From a virus (taxonomy: Duplodnaviria > Caudoviricetes), in the IMG/VR virus record IMGVR_UViG_3300034072_001152, positions 1 to 56,520 of that record: 56,520 nt of DNA, one strand, 5' to 3'. The notes beneath the pieces were generated by a model that made no database searches, was not told where the DNA came from, and saw only the letters and a list, made by a program, of their open reading frames with translations. Each line of letters begins with the position of its first letter. Position 1 is the first letter of the stretch. The position numbers and the translations under genes are program-made. Below, piece by piece: positions 1 to 9,648 of this stretch.

Positions 1-127
1 GCGCTTGAGGGCCTGACCGGAAGCATCAAGGGGCTTGAGGGCCTTTCCGAGACGTTCGGCGCTTTCCTGAACGGCTCGGCCATCGGTTCGCAGGTTTCCG
101 GCATCAGCAAGGCTCTCGGCATCGGCG
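1..127. repeat. Terminal duplication identical to 56394..56520 (circular assembly overlap)
   Basis: Exact 127-nt identity of both ends, in frame within the tape measure gene; the length matches a common assembler k-mer. Confidence 0.95.
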
Positions 128-1335
128 GTTCCAATACCGGAGCGCAGATCGGCGGGGCGCTGGGCACATTCCTGCCGATCCCGGGTGGGCAGATCATCGG
201 CGCCATTGCGGGCAACCTGCTCGGGGCTGCATTCAAGAGCACCCCCCGCGCCTCGGCCACCATCGGCGGCGTCGGCGGCAGTCTCGGGATCACCGGCGTC
301 CGCGGCAACAGGAGTGCGCTTCGCGACCAGTCCAGCGGCCTTGCGACCAATGTGCTCGACAGCATCCAGAACATTGCCGACCAGCTCGGTGCCAGCGTCG
401 ATGCCTCGCGCGGTTCTGTGTCGATCGGTGTCCGCAAGGGCAACTTCCGCGTCGATACCTCGGGACAGGGGCGCACCAAAACGAGCCGCGGCGCGCTTGA
501 TTTTGGCGAGGATGCCGAGGCGGCGGTTCGCGCCGCTGTGCTTGATCTCATCCAGGATGGCGTCATCAAGGGCCTGCGCGCTTCCGAGGAACGGCTGCTC
601 AAGGCCGCGAAGGATGTCGAGGCCGGTGTCCGTGATGCGCTGACCTTCCGTTCCGTCTTCGACCGGCTGAAGGCGTTCAAGGATCCGCTCGGCGCTGCGA
701 TCGACGAAATCAACCGCGAATTCGAGGGGATGATTGATCTCTTCAAGCGGGCCGGGGCCACCACCGAAGAGTTCGCCAGCCTTGAAGAGCTCTACAATCT
801 GGAACGCGCGCAGGCGATCAAGGATGCATCGGATCGCGTCGTCGGCTCGCTGAAGCAGTTGCTCAATGACCTCAAGATCGGCGACAGCGGGCTTTCACTT
901 CGCGACCGGCGTGCCAACGCTCTTGGCGAGTTCAACGCCTTGGCTTCGCGCGTGGCTGCGGGCGACACCAGCGCCTTCGACGACTTCGCCGACATCTCGC
1001 AGCAGCTTCTGGACATCGAGCGGCAACTCTTCGGTTCGACCCAGAGCTATTTCGACCGCTTGGCACAGGTGACGAGCCTCACCGAGCAGGCGATCGCGGG
1101 CCAGACCAACGTGACCAGCATCGGTGCCGCCCGGCCGAGCCCGTTCGATGATGCACCGCAGATTGATCGCAGCATCGACACCATGAACAGCAACCTCGGC
1201 GCCAAGCTCGACACGCTCAACTTCAACATCGTGACCGCGCTCGGAGCACTGGCCGGACCTCGGCCTGTCAGCGGCGGCGGCGGTGGCTTCCTGAGCGAAA
1301 TCTTCAACAACATCGGCAGGGTCGCGAACTACTGA
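1..1335 (+). CDS. Tail tape measure protein, C-terminal part (continues from 54018 across the origin)
   Basis: Frame 1 is continuous with the open frame 54018..56393; Gly/Ala-rich then helical; ends in ANY-stop before the tail tip genes. Confidence 0.85.
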   Translation, partial: ALEGLTGSIKGLEGLSETFGAFLNGSAIGSQVSGISKALGIGGSNTGAQIGGALGTFLPIPGGQIIGAIAGNLLGAAFKSTPRASATIGGVGGSLGITGVRGNRSALRDQSSGLATNVLDSIQNIADQLGASVDASRGSVSIGVRKGNFRVDTSGQGRTKTSRGALDFGEDAEAAVRAAVLDLIQDGVIKGLRASEERLLKAAKDVEAGVRDALTFRSVFDRLKAFKDPLGAAIDEINREFEGMIDLFKRAGATTEEFASLEELYNLERAQAIKDASDRVVGSLKQLLNDLKIGDSGLSLRDRRANALGEFNALASRVAAGDTSAFDDFADISQQLLDIERQLFGSTQSYFDRLAQVTSLTEQAIAGQTNVTSIGAARPSPFDDAPQIDRSIDTMNSNLGAKLDTLNFNIVTALGALAGPRPVSGGGGGFLSEIFNNIGRVANY

Positions 1336-1336
1336 C

Positions 1337-3544
1337 ATGACGGCCCTGATTACCTTGAACCCGATTGACCCGGGGACCGATACGCGCGTCACCGTCAGGC
1401 TGTGCGCGACACAGGATCCGGCTGACACCGGCGCGGACGGTCAGATCTGGTGGCCCGCGATCATTGCCCAGCCCGTTCTGCAAGCGCGACTGTTCGATGG
1501 TGATTTCACCTCGGGCGTCGATAACGGCTCGGCGAGCTTCACTGTGGCGCTCGGCGTGCTGATGCGCAGCGGGGCCTTCCCGCGTGTCGAGCGATACGAC
1601 TGGGCCGGCGCAGAGGTGACGATCCAGCGCCGCAACGGCGGGTCGCTTCAGACCCTTGCAACCATGAAGGTGGACACCTTCGCGTCCGAGGCCGGTGTGT
1701 TGTCGCTGCGTCTGGCGGCTGCAACCCAGTTCGGCGATACCGATGTGCTTGCGGCCACCTATGCGGGCACAGGCGGTGCTGAGGGCGGTGCTGACCTGAA
1801 GGGGCAGGTCAAGCCGTGGGTGTTCGGGCGCGCGCTCAATGTCGAGCCGGTGTTCATCGACCAGATCGACAACGTGTTTCAGGTCAGCGGCTACGGGCCG
1901 GTGCAGGCCATCACCGCGGTCTATGAGCGCGGGTCCAGCTTCGGCGCCAGCGTCGGGGACTTCGCCAGCTATGCCGCCTTGGTAGGGGCGACGATCCCGG
2001 CCGGGCGCTGGGGCACCTGTCTGGCACAAGGCATGATCCGGCTCGGCGCCCCGCCTGCCGGCGTCATCACGGTCGATGTGGATGGCGACAATACCGGTGG
2101 GTTCCTGCGCCGCACCGGTGCGATCATCGAGGAAATCGCCGACCGGCTCGGCCTGTCCGGCAACATCAATGCCGCCAGCCTTGCCGCGCTCGACACCGCT
2201 GTTGCTCGCAACGTCAACATCCTGATCGCCGGGCAGATCAGCTTCTTCGAGCTGGTGCAGCGCATGGTGGCGCCGTGCAATGCCGTCCCCGGCATCGCGC
2301 CGGATGGTAAGCTCATCGTATCGCGCGTCGTCTTCGGCACCGAGCAGTTCACCTTGGACGCGCAGGGCCGCGAGATGCCGCCTGTGCTTGGCATGGTGCG
2401 GCAGAACACCAGTGCGCCCTACAAGCGCATCCAGATGGGGGCCGCGCAGTCCTGGCGGGTGCATAGCTTCGACGAGATCGCGTTCTACTCCGAGATCATC
2501 GACAAGGGTGCCTATGACGCGGCGACGGTCTATCGCGAGGGGAACATCGTTTCCTCGGTGGACAAGACCCGGTGGATATATAGCAACCCGACGCCTGCCT
2601 CGGGCAATGCGCCGCCGACATGGCCGACGACGAGCAATGCTTACTGGTCAAGCCTTGAGGGTCCGGCGAGCGATGACCCGGCGATCGCCAACAGCAATGT
2701 CGTCTTGTCAGGCGATTTGGCCGATTTGCCTCCTGCCGGCGACTATGACGGCCAGACCTATGCCGCGGAGGACACACTCGAGCTCTATCGCTGGGATCAG
2801 AGCACTCTTGGGTGGGTGCCGGTTTCAGACATCACCGCCACCGCCCAGCGCAGCATTGAGGCACAGTTTCCGGTCATCGAAATCAAGGAAGGCGAGGCGG
2901 GGAATGTCGGCACCCGCACCGTCACTCACGTCGCCAAGCGCGGCACCGTGACGCTGACGGGCGGGACATGGAGCCTGCCTTCGACCAACGTGCCCGGCAG
3001 CACTATCACGATCAATTCGACGACCGGCACGGTTTCGCTCTCAGGGGTCGCGATCAGCGGTGCCTACACCGTTCGCTATACCCACACCGATGGCATCGTG
3101 ACCGAATTGCCGATCAATGTGACCTATATGCCCGAGGCTGCGGCACCTGTGACCGTGATCCGCAACGAGTCTGCAACCACGACTGCCGGGACGGCCAACA
3201 ACAACCTCTGGCAGACCATTCTCTCGCTGACCGTTACCGGCGCGCCTGCCGGCCTCACCAACCTTGGCAGCTTCGGCCGGAGTAGGCTGACCGTATCCTC
3301 GGGCACTGGCACTGCGGATTTCGAGGCCCGCCTGCTGCTCAATGGAGTCGAGGTGGCATCGGTTGCCAGCCAGAATGTCGTCACGGGCGGGGTCATCTCG
3401 CCGACTGATTTCACCGATCTTTTCGATGACTCCTACAGCACCTCAGCCGGAAACGTGACCTTCACCATTGAGCTTCGCCGCACCAGCGGCACTGGCACGA
3501 TCACGGCCACCAACACCCGCCTTGATGTGACCATCATCGCCTGA
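1337..3544 (+). CDS. Tail tip/hub protein with Thr/Ser/Gly-rich beta C-terminal extension
   Basis: 735 aa directly after the TMP; YAGTGGAEGG..KPWVFGRALNVEPVFID motif typical of alphaproteobacterial siphovirus tail tip proteins. Confidence 0.7.
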   Translation: MTALITLNPIDPGTDTRVTVRLCATQDPADTGADGQIWWPAIIAQPVLQARLFDGDFTSGVDNGSASFTVALGVLMRSGAFPRVERYDWAGAEVTIQRRNGGSLQTLATMKVDTFASEAGVLSLRLAAATQFGDTDVLAATYAGTGGAEGGADLKGQVKPWVFGRALNVEPVFIDQIDNVFQVSGYGPVQAITAVYERGSSFGASVGDFASYAALVGATIPAGRWGTCLAQGMIRLGAPPAGVITVDVDGDNTGGFLRRTGAIIEEIADRLGLSGNINAASLAALDTAVARNVNILIAGQISFFELVQRMVAPCNAVPGIAPDGKLIVSRVVFGTEQFTLDAQGREMPPVLGMVRQNTSAPYKRIQMGAAQSWRVHSFDEIAFYSEIIDKGAYDAATVYREGNIVSSVDKTRWIYSNPTPASGNAPPTWPTTSNAYWSSLEGPASDDPAIANSNVVLSGDLADLPPAGDYDGQTYAAEDTLELYRWDQSTLGWVPVSDITATAQRSIEAQFPVIEIKEGEAGNVGTRTVTHVAKRGTVTLTGGTWSLPSTNVPGSTITINSTTGTVSLSGVAISGAYTVRYTHTDGIVTELPINVTYMPEAAAPVTVIRNESATTTAGTANNNLWQTILSLTVTGAPAGLTNLGSFGRSRLTVSSGTGTADFEARLLLNGVEVASVASQNVVTGGVISPTDFTDLFDDSYSTSAGNVTFTIELRRTSGTGTITATNTRLDVTIIA

Positions 3545-3561
3545 CCCGAAAGGAACCTGAT

Positions 3562-3846
3562 ATGCCGAGAAACACCACCGTTCCCGTCGACACGACCTGG
3601 ACGCAGATCACTGACGCCAACATCACCGAGATCACGTTCCAGAACATCGGTGCCAGCGCGATCTATATTCAGGGCACGGTCGGAGCCGTCGCGCCCGGTG
3701 CGAACGATCTCGGCGTTCTCTACCGGCCCGGCGAGGGTGAGGCCAAGCGCGCTCTTTCCGACCTGTTCCCCGGCGTCAGCGGTGCGAACCGGGTCTATGC
3801 CAAGAGCGCATCGACTGCCGCGCAGGTGTTCGTCAGCCATGCGTAG
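3562..3846 (+). CDS. Small virion/tail-associated protein
   Basis: 94 aa, GAAAGGA RBS, within the tail operon. Confidence 0.6.
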   Translation: MPRNTTVPVDTTWTQITDANITEITFQNIGASAIYIQGTVGAVAPGANDLGVLYRPGEGEAKRALSDLFPGVSGANRVYAKSASTAAQVFVSHA

Positions 3847-5698
3847 TATCGTCTCGCCTTTGAGGGGCCTAGGGATTGGCTCGCTGGGGGGCGGTGGGGG
3901 TGCTTTTGTGCCCGACTTCTACGTGGACAGCGTGAACGGCTCGGACAGCAACGATGGCCTGACCGCACTGACCGCGTTCCAGACCTTAAGCAAGGCGCGA
4001 ACTGAAGTGCTCGCGCGAGGCAGCGGAACTAATCTTGCTTTGGTTAGCGGTTCGGATTGGCGCGAAGCCCTTAACTTCGGTGCAACAACCGGAATTACGG
4101 TAGGGGTTGTCGGCACAGGCTCTCCTCCGATCATTCGATGCACCGACATTGCGACGGGCTGGACGCAACCAGATGCCGTAAACTTCCCGAATGTCTGGTA
4201 TCTGCCGAACTGGATTAGCGAGTCTATCGCCAACAACTTCCTGTTGGCCGTTTATGAAGACAGTATTGAACTTGTTAATCTGACAAGCGACTTGGCCACG
4301 CTCAACGCGACTCCGGGGCGCACTCTGATCACAACGTCGCCTGATGGTAATGACATTCTTTACCTGCACACTAGCGATAGTGGTAACCCGAATACTAACG
4401 GGAAACTCTATGAGGCGTCGAAGCGACAGGCTGCTATTTACACCGCGACATCGACTAACGGCTACAATCTCTCTGTTTTGGGTCCGGTTCTGGGCTACAA
4501 TGCTTCAAGTAGCGCGGGGGCGTTCATCAGCACATCGGTGATCAATTACAATAGGATCGCTTCGGTTGACAGCAGGCGCGGCTGTTATTTGGCGCAAGGA
4601 ACCGTGACGGATTGCATTTTCCGCGGATCAACTCCGCGCAGAAATGCGGGCGACAGCAATCTGGCGGTTTTTTTCACGACCATACCGGGCACGTTCCCCG
4701 GTAGCGTAGTGCGCACTGGCTTTCTTGTGGGGGATAACCCGGACAAGACGGGCTACGAAGATGTAGCGGGCCTTTTCTCGCACAATGATCAACCCGGAGT
4801 GACGCACAGCTGCACGGCAACGCAATGCTGGTTTGTTGGTCTGGCGAGCGCGGGCGGCTTTAGAGGAACCGGAATTTCCTACACTGCGCCGTATATAAAG
4901 AACAGCGGCCCGTTCAACTTGACCACGGGCACCACCCCCGCTGACCCTCCCGTGACCTACGGTCTAATGAGCGGCGGTATAGCTAATGCGGGCTTGGCGT
5001 CTTGGGACGCCAAGCATTCCTTTTATCATTCTTGCTCCTATGACAACAAGCCGATTAGAATTGCGAACGGTTTTGAAATTCACAATTGCGTCTGGATCAG
5101 CACCAACGGCTCTACTGGCTGTATGCAGCCGATTTCGACAGGAATTAACAACCTTGATCTGAGAAATTCTATATTTCTCAGCATCAATGCTAACGCCTTA
5201 CCGCTGGTAGATCTCAACACAAACACGGGATACACGGGCGACTATAATATTTTCGGCACGTTCCGCGCGGATTTCCGCATCAGGTGCCGTTACAACGGTG
5301 TAACATACCAAACCCTTGCGGCATGGCAAACTGCTACGGGTCAGGATGCGAATAGCGCGTATATTCTGCCCGCCGATCAAACCATCGGCGGGGCTAATGC
5401 GTTGTTCCTTGCATGGGCCGAGGCATCTAGCGGCACACTGGCAGACCATGGCCCGGCGCAAGGCGACTTCCGCATTAATCCTGATGCTCGGGTCTATAGC
5501 AGTGCCGATGTGGCATACATCGGTGAGTTCCCTGACGGCACGCCTCTGGTTGCCAATGTGGGGCCGCAGTTCCATTGGGATTGGAACACGCGCGGTGTTG
5601 TGGCTGGCCCGCCGACCCGCTGGCCTGTTGTGCCGGAAAGCGAGGCCGATCAGGCGGCTTACATTGCTGACCCGGCTGCGTGGGACTTCTACCCATGA
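3839..5698 (+). CDS. Putative receptor-binding tailspike/depolymerase (pectin-lyase-like beta-helix)
   Basis: ATG 3839 overlaps the previous gene; FYVDSVNGSDSNDG..AFQT motif, Asn/Thr-rich repeats, TLAAWQTATGQDANS C-terminal motif; visibly lower GC. Confidence 0.65.
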   Translation: MRSIVSPLRGLGIGSLGGGGGAFVPDFYVDSVNGSDSNDGLTALTAFQTLSKARTEVLARGSGTNLALVSGSDWREALNFGATTGITVGVVGTGSPPIIRCTDIATGWTQPDAVNFPNVWYLPNWISESIANNFLLAVYEDSIELVNLTSDLATLNATPGRTLITTSPDGNDILYLHTSDSGNPNTNGKLYEASKRQAAIYTATSTNGYNLSVLGPVLGYNASSSAGAFISTSVINYNRIASVDSRRGCYLAQGTVTDCIFRGSTPRRNAGDSNLAVFFTTIPGTFPGSVVRTGFLVGDNPDKTGYEDVAGLFSHNDQPGVTHSCTATQCWFVGLASAGGFRGTGISYTAPYIKNSGPFNLTTGTTPADPPVTYGLMSGGIANAGLASWDAKHSFYHSCSYDNKPIRIANGFEIHNCVWISTNGSTGCMQPISTGINNLDLRNSIFLSINANALPLVDLNTNTGYTGDYNIFGTFRADFRIRCRYNGVTYQTLAAWQTATGQDANSAYILPADQTIGGANALFLAWAEASSGTLADHGPAQGDFRINPDARVYSSADVAYIGEFPDGTPLVANVGPQFHWDWNTRGVVAGPPTRWPVVPESEADQAAYIADPAAWDFYP

Positions 5699-5734
5699 CC
5701 CGCACCGAAGCCGAGCGACTGACCGAGGAAGGCC

Positions 5735-5836
5735 ATGACTGACCCATTTAACAGCTTGCCCGAAGGCACCAAGATAGCGGGGGACATTTTGTCTATAGCA
5801 ACACTGCTGGGTTCGCTGGCGCGGATCAGGAGATAA
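5735..5836 (+). pseudogene. Possible truncated holin-like remnant (33 aa)
   Basis: GAGGAAGG RBS; MTDPFNSLPEGTKIAGDILSIATLLGSLARIRR resembles the N-terminal half of small phage membrane proteins, without a second TM helix. Confidence 0.35.
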
Positions 5837-5839
5837 CCC

Positions 5840-6214
5840 ATGCCCGCAACACCATCCCGCATCGGGTTCATCACGCAAGCCTTCCGGGTCGTCACCGCCG
5901 GACCCGACACCGCGGTTGCCGCGCTCTATGGCAGCGCCGCGCGCGACACGGCGGAACCGCTTGAGTCCTTCTTCGACGATCCCGCCGATGCGCAGGCCAT
6001 GGTCGATGAGCGGCTGACCTTACTGTCGGAGCGCCGAACACTGGTCACGGCCTCGCTCAATGGCATCGAGCCCGCAGCAAGCCTTGATCGGTCGGCAAGC
6101 CTTCCAACCGTGCGTGTCATCGACGACGAGCAGGACCGCAATTCGCCGGCACTGATCGTCGGCGTCACTATCGACCTCAACACCGACCGCACCACTCTGG
6201 AAACCTGGGGGTAG
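5840..6214 (+). CDS. Tail protein (tail tip C-terminal-like module)
   Basis: 124 aa with AGGAG RBS, ending in TLETWG as tail hub C-termini often do. Confidence 0.6.
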   Translation: MPATPSRIGFITQAFRVVTAGPDTAVAALYGSAARDTAEPLESFFDDPADAQAMVDERLTLLSERRTLVTASLNGIEPAASLDRSASLPTVRVIDDEQDRNSPALIVGVTIDLNTDRTTLETWG

Positions 6215-6217
6215 GCT

Positions 6218-7012
6218 ATGCCACTCAAGCCTTTCGCTGTCCTACCGCTCGCGCTGTCTAACATCGCCACGGGCAATGAGAAGGCGAACAGGCCCGCCAC
6301 GCATCTCGCCCAGCCCCATCCCGGTATGCGCTGGGAAAGCACCGGCGACACGAACCTCTGGGTGCGCGGCCAGTTCAGCGCGACCCAAGCCGTCAACTTC
6401 GTCTCGCTAATGGCAGCAAATGCACTGCCCGGCACCACGATCCGCGTCCGGCTCGGCACGACCCAGGCCGAGGTCGACGGCACAGCACCCTATGACAGCG
6501 GCGCGCTTGCCCTGATCGCGCCGGCCCGAACCGAGATAGGGGGGCGCTATCACTCGCATCTGGAACTGCCCTCGGTCGTCAATGCGAGCTGGTGGCGCAT
6601 TGATATAAGCGGGCACACCGGGGACTTCTCGGCGGCCTATCTGGTGTTCGGGGAGAAGCGGGAGCCGTCCAATTTCTACAACCGGGATAGGGAGCTCGGG
6701 TTCGAAAACCTTGGCACGATCGAGATTGCCCGCAGCGGGGTGATTGCGGCCACGCCCGGGGTCAGGCTGCGGACGTTCCTGTTCCGGCTGCAATGGATGT
6801 CGGAGAGCGAATTCTTCGACAAGTGGGCGGGTCTAATTGAGCCTGATGCCACTGGTAGCCTGCCGATCCATTACTGGTGCATGGACCCCGAAGCGACGGT
6901 CTATCGTCAGCGCAAGAGCTACTTGGGATACATGGCGCGCGATCCCTTCATGCGGGGCAACGACCTCGGCACGTTCAATCAGGGGGACTTCCAGTTCAGA
7001 TCGGTGCTGTGA
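6218..7012 (+). CDS. Tail protein (distal tail-like)
   Basis: 264 aa, last rightward gene of the tail module; WWRIDI..AYLVFGE motif. Confidence 0.55.
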   Translation: MPLKPFAVLPLALSNIATGNEKANRPATHLAQPHPGMRWESTGDTNLWVRGQFSATQAVNFVSLMAANALPGTTIRVRLGTTQAEVDGTAPYDSGALALIAPARTEIGGRYHSHLELPSVVNASWWRIDISGHTGDFSAAYLVFGEKREPSNFYNRDRELGFENLGTIEIARSGVIAATPGVRLRTFLFRLQWMSESEFFDKWAGLIEPDATGSLPIHYWCMDPEATVYRQRKSYLGYMARDPFMRGNDLGTFNQGDFQFRSVL

Positions 7013-7156
7013 TGCACCAACGATCTCCGGGCGGGGATGGCCGGAGCCGGGGCCGAGACGCTTTCTCCTCTGGGCGGCTCGGCCCCGATGCTGACTACGC
7101 TGATAGGGTCACTGAATCGGGGTAGGATGCTCGAAATCGCTCTCCCCGACTGAGGC

Positions 7157-7786
7157 TCAGGGGTTAGAGTCGACTTGCGGTTCTTGCACAGTTGCCTGAG
7201 TTACTGTGCGGCGCTCCCCAGCTAATGCTTTGCCGTGATTTGGATGAAATCCGTGTTTTCGTTCAGCCAAATCTCTCGCCTTACACGCCGCATCGAAAGA
7301 CTTGAAAAACCCTAAGCTGAAGGTTTTCCCATCGACAGTGATGCGCGCCCACCATCGGGGATGTTTCTCATTCCAGCAGATTCCAACACGCCCCCATTTG
7401 TTGTCTCGGCGAACCGGAAAGTTCCGGCAATTGTCCTTGTGGGAGCCATCGCGAAGATTACACAAGCGGTTGTCTGAGGGCTGCCTGTTGATGTGGTCGA
7501 TGACATTCGGCCAGTATCCATACACTAGGCACCAGATCACGCGGTGGGCAGAGATATGAACCTCTAAGACCTTGCCATACATATGACCTGATGGATGCTG
7601 GTAGATCAGCGCTTGCTTGCCAGCGAATCTCCTGTTCCATGCCGCGCAGGAACCCTCTTGCGAACGCGTTTTCGTTGGCTGAAACATTTCGATCGGGCGC
7701 GGCAACCAATACAGCTTCCCCGTCTCCGGGTCATAGCGCAGCAGCTTGCGCAGAGTCTCAGGGTCGGGCAGTTGGCGCTTAGCCAT
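7157..7786 (-). CDS. HNH homing endonuclease with AP2-like domain (copy 1)
   Basis: LRYDPETG N-terminus; AHRVIW..IDHINRQPSDNRLCNLR; WWARI..LGFF AP2 domain; start MAKRQ after AAAGGA RBS. Confidence 0.9.
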   Translation of the reverse strand: MAKRQLPDPETLRKLLRYDPETGKLYWLPRPIEMFQPTKTRSQEGSCAAWNRRFAGKQALIYQHPSGHMYGKVLEVHISAHRVIWCLVYGYWPNVIDHINRQPSDNRLCNLRDGSHKDNCRNFPVRRDNKWGRVGICWNEKHPRWWARITVDGKTFSLGFFKSFDAACKARDLAERKHGFHPNHGKALAGERRTVTQATVQEPQVDSNP

Positions 7787-7848
7787 GGCGATGGTCCTTT
7801 CATCGGTGTGGTCAGGGCGGGCTCGGCGCTGGAACGCCTTGCCTGCCC
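7784..7848 (-). promoter_or_regulatory. Two-hairpin 5' leader, copy 1
   Basis: GGGCAGGCAAGGCG-TTCCAG-CGCCGAGCCCGCCC TGACC acac CGATG-aaaggac-CATCG cc ATGGCT. Confidence 0.7.
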
Positions 7849-7853
7849 GATCC

Positions 7854-8204
7854 TTATGGCACCACGCGCTCCATCCGCCACCCGAGCTGCTTCTTGACCA
7901 TCGACCGCGCGCGGTCATGGTATTGCAGGAAAGTCAGCACGGCATCGACCATGGCAAACGGCGGATGCCCCTTGCCCACGCCCTGCCACGGCTCGGTCGG
8001 CTCGACCACGATCGCATCGGTGTAGCCATCATCGCCATCGCCCTCGCGCACCGCGATCAGCGCGCCGCCTTGCGTCTCCCAGATTTCGAACCGCATCGTG
8101 TCGCCGCGATTGGTTTCCCATTCCGTTTCGGCGATCAGCTTGCCGTTGAAGCGCAGCGGGGCGCTCCGGTCGGGGGTGATTTTCACGGGGGTATAAACGG
8201 TCAT
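7854..8204 (-). CDS. Hypothetical protein
   Basis: 116 aa with GAAAGGA RBS. Confidence 0.7.
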   Translation of the reverse strand: MTVYTPVKITPDRSAPLRFNGKLIAETEWETNRGDTMRFEIWETQGGALIAVREGDGDDGYTDAIVVEPTEPWQGVGKGHPPFAMVDAVLTFLQYHDRARSMVKKQLGWRMERVVP

Positions 8205-8243
8205 TTCCAGTCCTTTCGATTGCGCTGGTGCGCGGGGTAGGGG

Positions 8244-8834
8244 TTAGGCGGCCCGGCCTCGATGAAGCGGCCTGTCGTGGTTGGGGTGGTATCCGAACCG
8301 ACGCTCGGCGGTTTTTCGAGCCCGGATTGCATCCTCTTTTCGCTTGAACAGCCCTAGATGATAGGCTTTCCCGTGAAGGTTGATTGTGGCCTGCCATTTG
8401 GAGAACTGGCTCGACCAGAACACCCCCATGCAACCACTGCTGTTTCTGCTGTCGCGCGCCCTGTTCCTTAGATTAGAAGATCGATCAACGGACCTTAGGT
8501 TGCACCATCTGTTGTCGGCTGTGTTCCCATTAATGTGGTCGACCTCAATCGGATCTTCGCCGGTCATCATTTTCCAGATAACCCGGTGCTTGAGAAACTT
8601 CTGGCCAAATATCTGGACCTGCCCATACCCGCGACAGCTTGCCGGACTGATGCTGGGTGACACCTCCTGCCCCTCATATTTCTTAGTCCAGTTAGACCAG
8701 TTGATGAGTTGTGTTCGGTTGCCGGGCTTGAACATTTCTACTGGTCGCGGGAGCCAATAGAGCCTCCCCGTCTCAGGGTCATAGCGCATGAGCTTGCGCA
8801 GCAGTTCGGCATCAGGCAGGGGCTTGGCAGCCAT
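8244..8834 (-). CDS. HNH homing endonuclease with AP2-like domain (copy 2)
   Basis: MRYDPETG; KHRVIW..VDHINGNTADNRWCNLR; KWQATI..HLGLF. Confidence 0.9.
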   Translation of the reverse strand: MAAKPLPDAELLRKLMRYDPETGRLYWLPRPVEMFKPGNRTQLINWSNWTKKYEGQEVSPSISPASCRGYGQVQIFGQKFLKHRVIWKMMTGEDPIEVDHINGNTADNRWCNLRSVDRSSNLRNRARDSRNSSGCMGVFWSSQFSKWQATINLHGKAYHLGLFKRKEDAIRARKTAERRFGYHPNHDRPLHRGRAA

Positions 8835-8898
8835 AGAGTCCTCCACATCAGGGTTCTTGGTCAGGGCAGGCCGGGCGTTGGTAGCGCCTCGCCTGCCC
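8832..8898 (-). promoter_or_regulatory. Two-hairpin 5' leader, copy 2
   Basis: GGGCAGGC..GGCG-CTACCAA-CGCC..GCCTGCCC TGACC ... GGAGG actct ATGGCT. Confidence 0.65.
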
Positions 8899-8955
8899 GC
8901 ATTTGGTAGCACGGGTAGCCCTCTGATCCTAGCGCCCGATGAGCGGGATAGGGGG

Positions 8956-9648
8956 TCACGCAGCGGCCCGCCAGCCAAGCCGGTCGCGCCAAGGTCGCCC
9001 CACTTTCAGCCACGAATTGCTGCGCGCTCGGACATAGGGGGCAAAGGCGTCTTTCACCACGCACCCTTCCAAGCCCGCCGCCCACATTTCACCGGCCATC
9101 TCGATCGCCTCATCAACGTGCCAGACTTCCCGGTGAGGCAGGACGCGGACGGCTTGGCGGCCTTCGTCACGGCCACGGCTGCCCGGCCGCCATGTCCACA
9201 TATGTTCGGCGTCTGTCTCCACTGCTAGGGCCAGTGCTTGCAGGCGTTGCTTGCGCTGCCACCACGGCTGAGACGATCCGCCCCGCATCCAATCCTCGAA
9301 GCTGAGGCAGTCGAAAGCGTAGAACGTGCCCGCCTCTCCCCCGAATTTCCATTCGCGCTCGCACCAGGCTTTCGTTGTGGCGAGGGTGTCCGGCCCGTCA
9401 CCGACGCAGAATTCGCCGTCGATCATCAGCGGCTCGCCTGCGATGCGCTCAAATGCCGCAAGCTCGTGAAGGATATGGCCCACACCTTCGATAGGGATAC
9501 CCCCTCGCGTCCATAGTCCGGGCCTGCCTTCCCAGTCGCGGATATACAGCGCGCGGAAACCATCGTGCTTGGTTTCGATCACGGCACCGTCTGGCAGGTT
9601 GCGGCCATCCCATGCACCGACGAGCTGGCAAAGTTCGGGCGGGGTCAT
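8956..9648 (-). CDS. ATP-dependent DNA ligase, nucleotidyltransferase domain only
   Basis: Motifs ETKHDGFR (KxDG), MIDGEF, FYAFD, EGCVVK, WLKV; the ORF stops just after motif V. Confidence 0.8.
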   Translation of the reverse strand: MTPPELCQLVGAWDGRNLPDGAVIETKHDGFRALYIRDWEGRPGLWTRGGIPIEGVGHILHELAAFERIAGEPLMIDGEFCVGDGPDTLATTKAWCEREWKFGGEAGTFYAFDCLSFEDWMRGGSSQPWWQRKQRLQALALAVETDAEHMWTWRPGSRGRDEGRQAVRVLPHREVWHVDEAIEMAGEMWAAGLEGCVVKDAFAPYVRARSNSWLKVGRPWRDRLGWRAAA

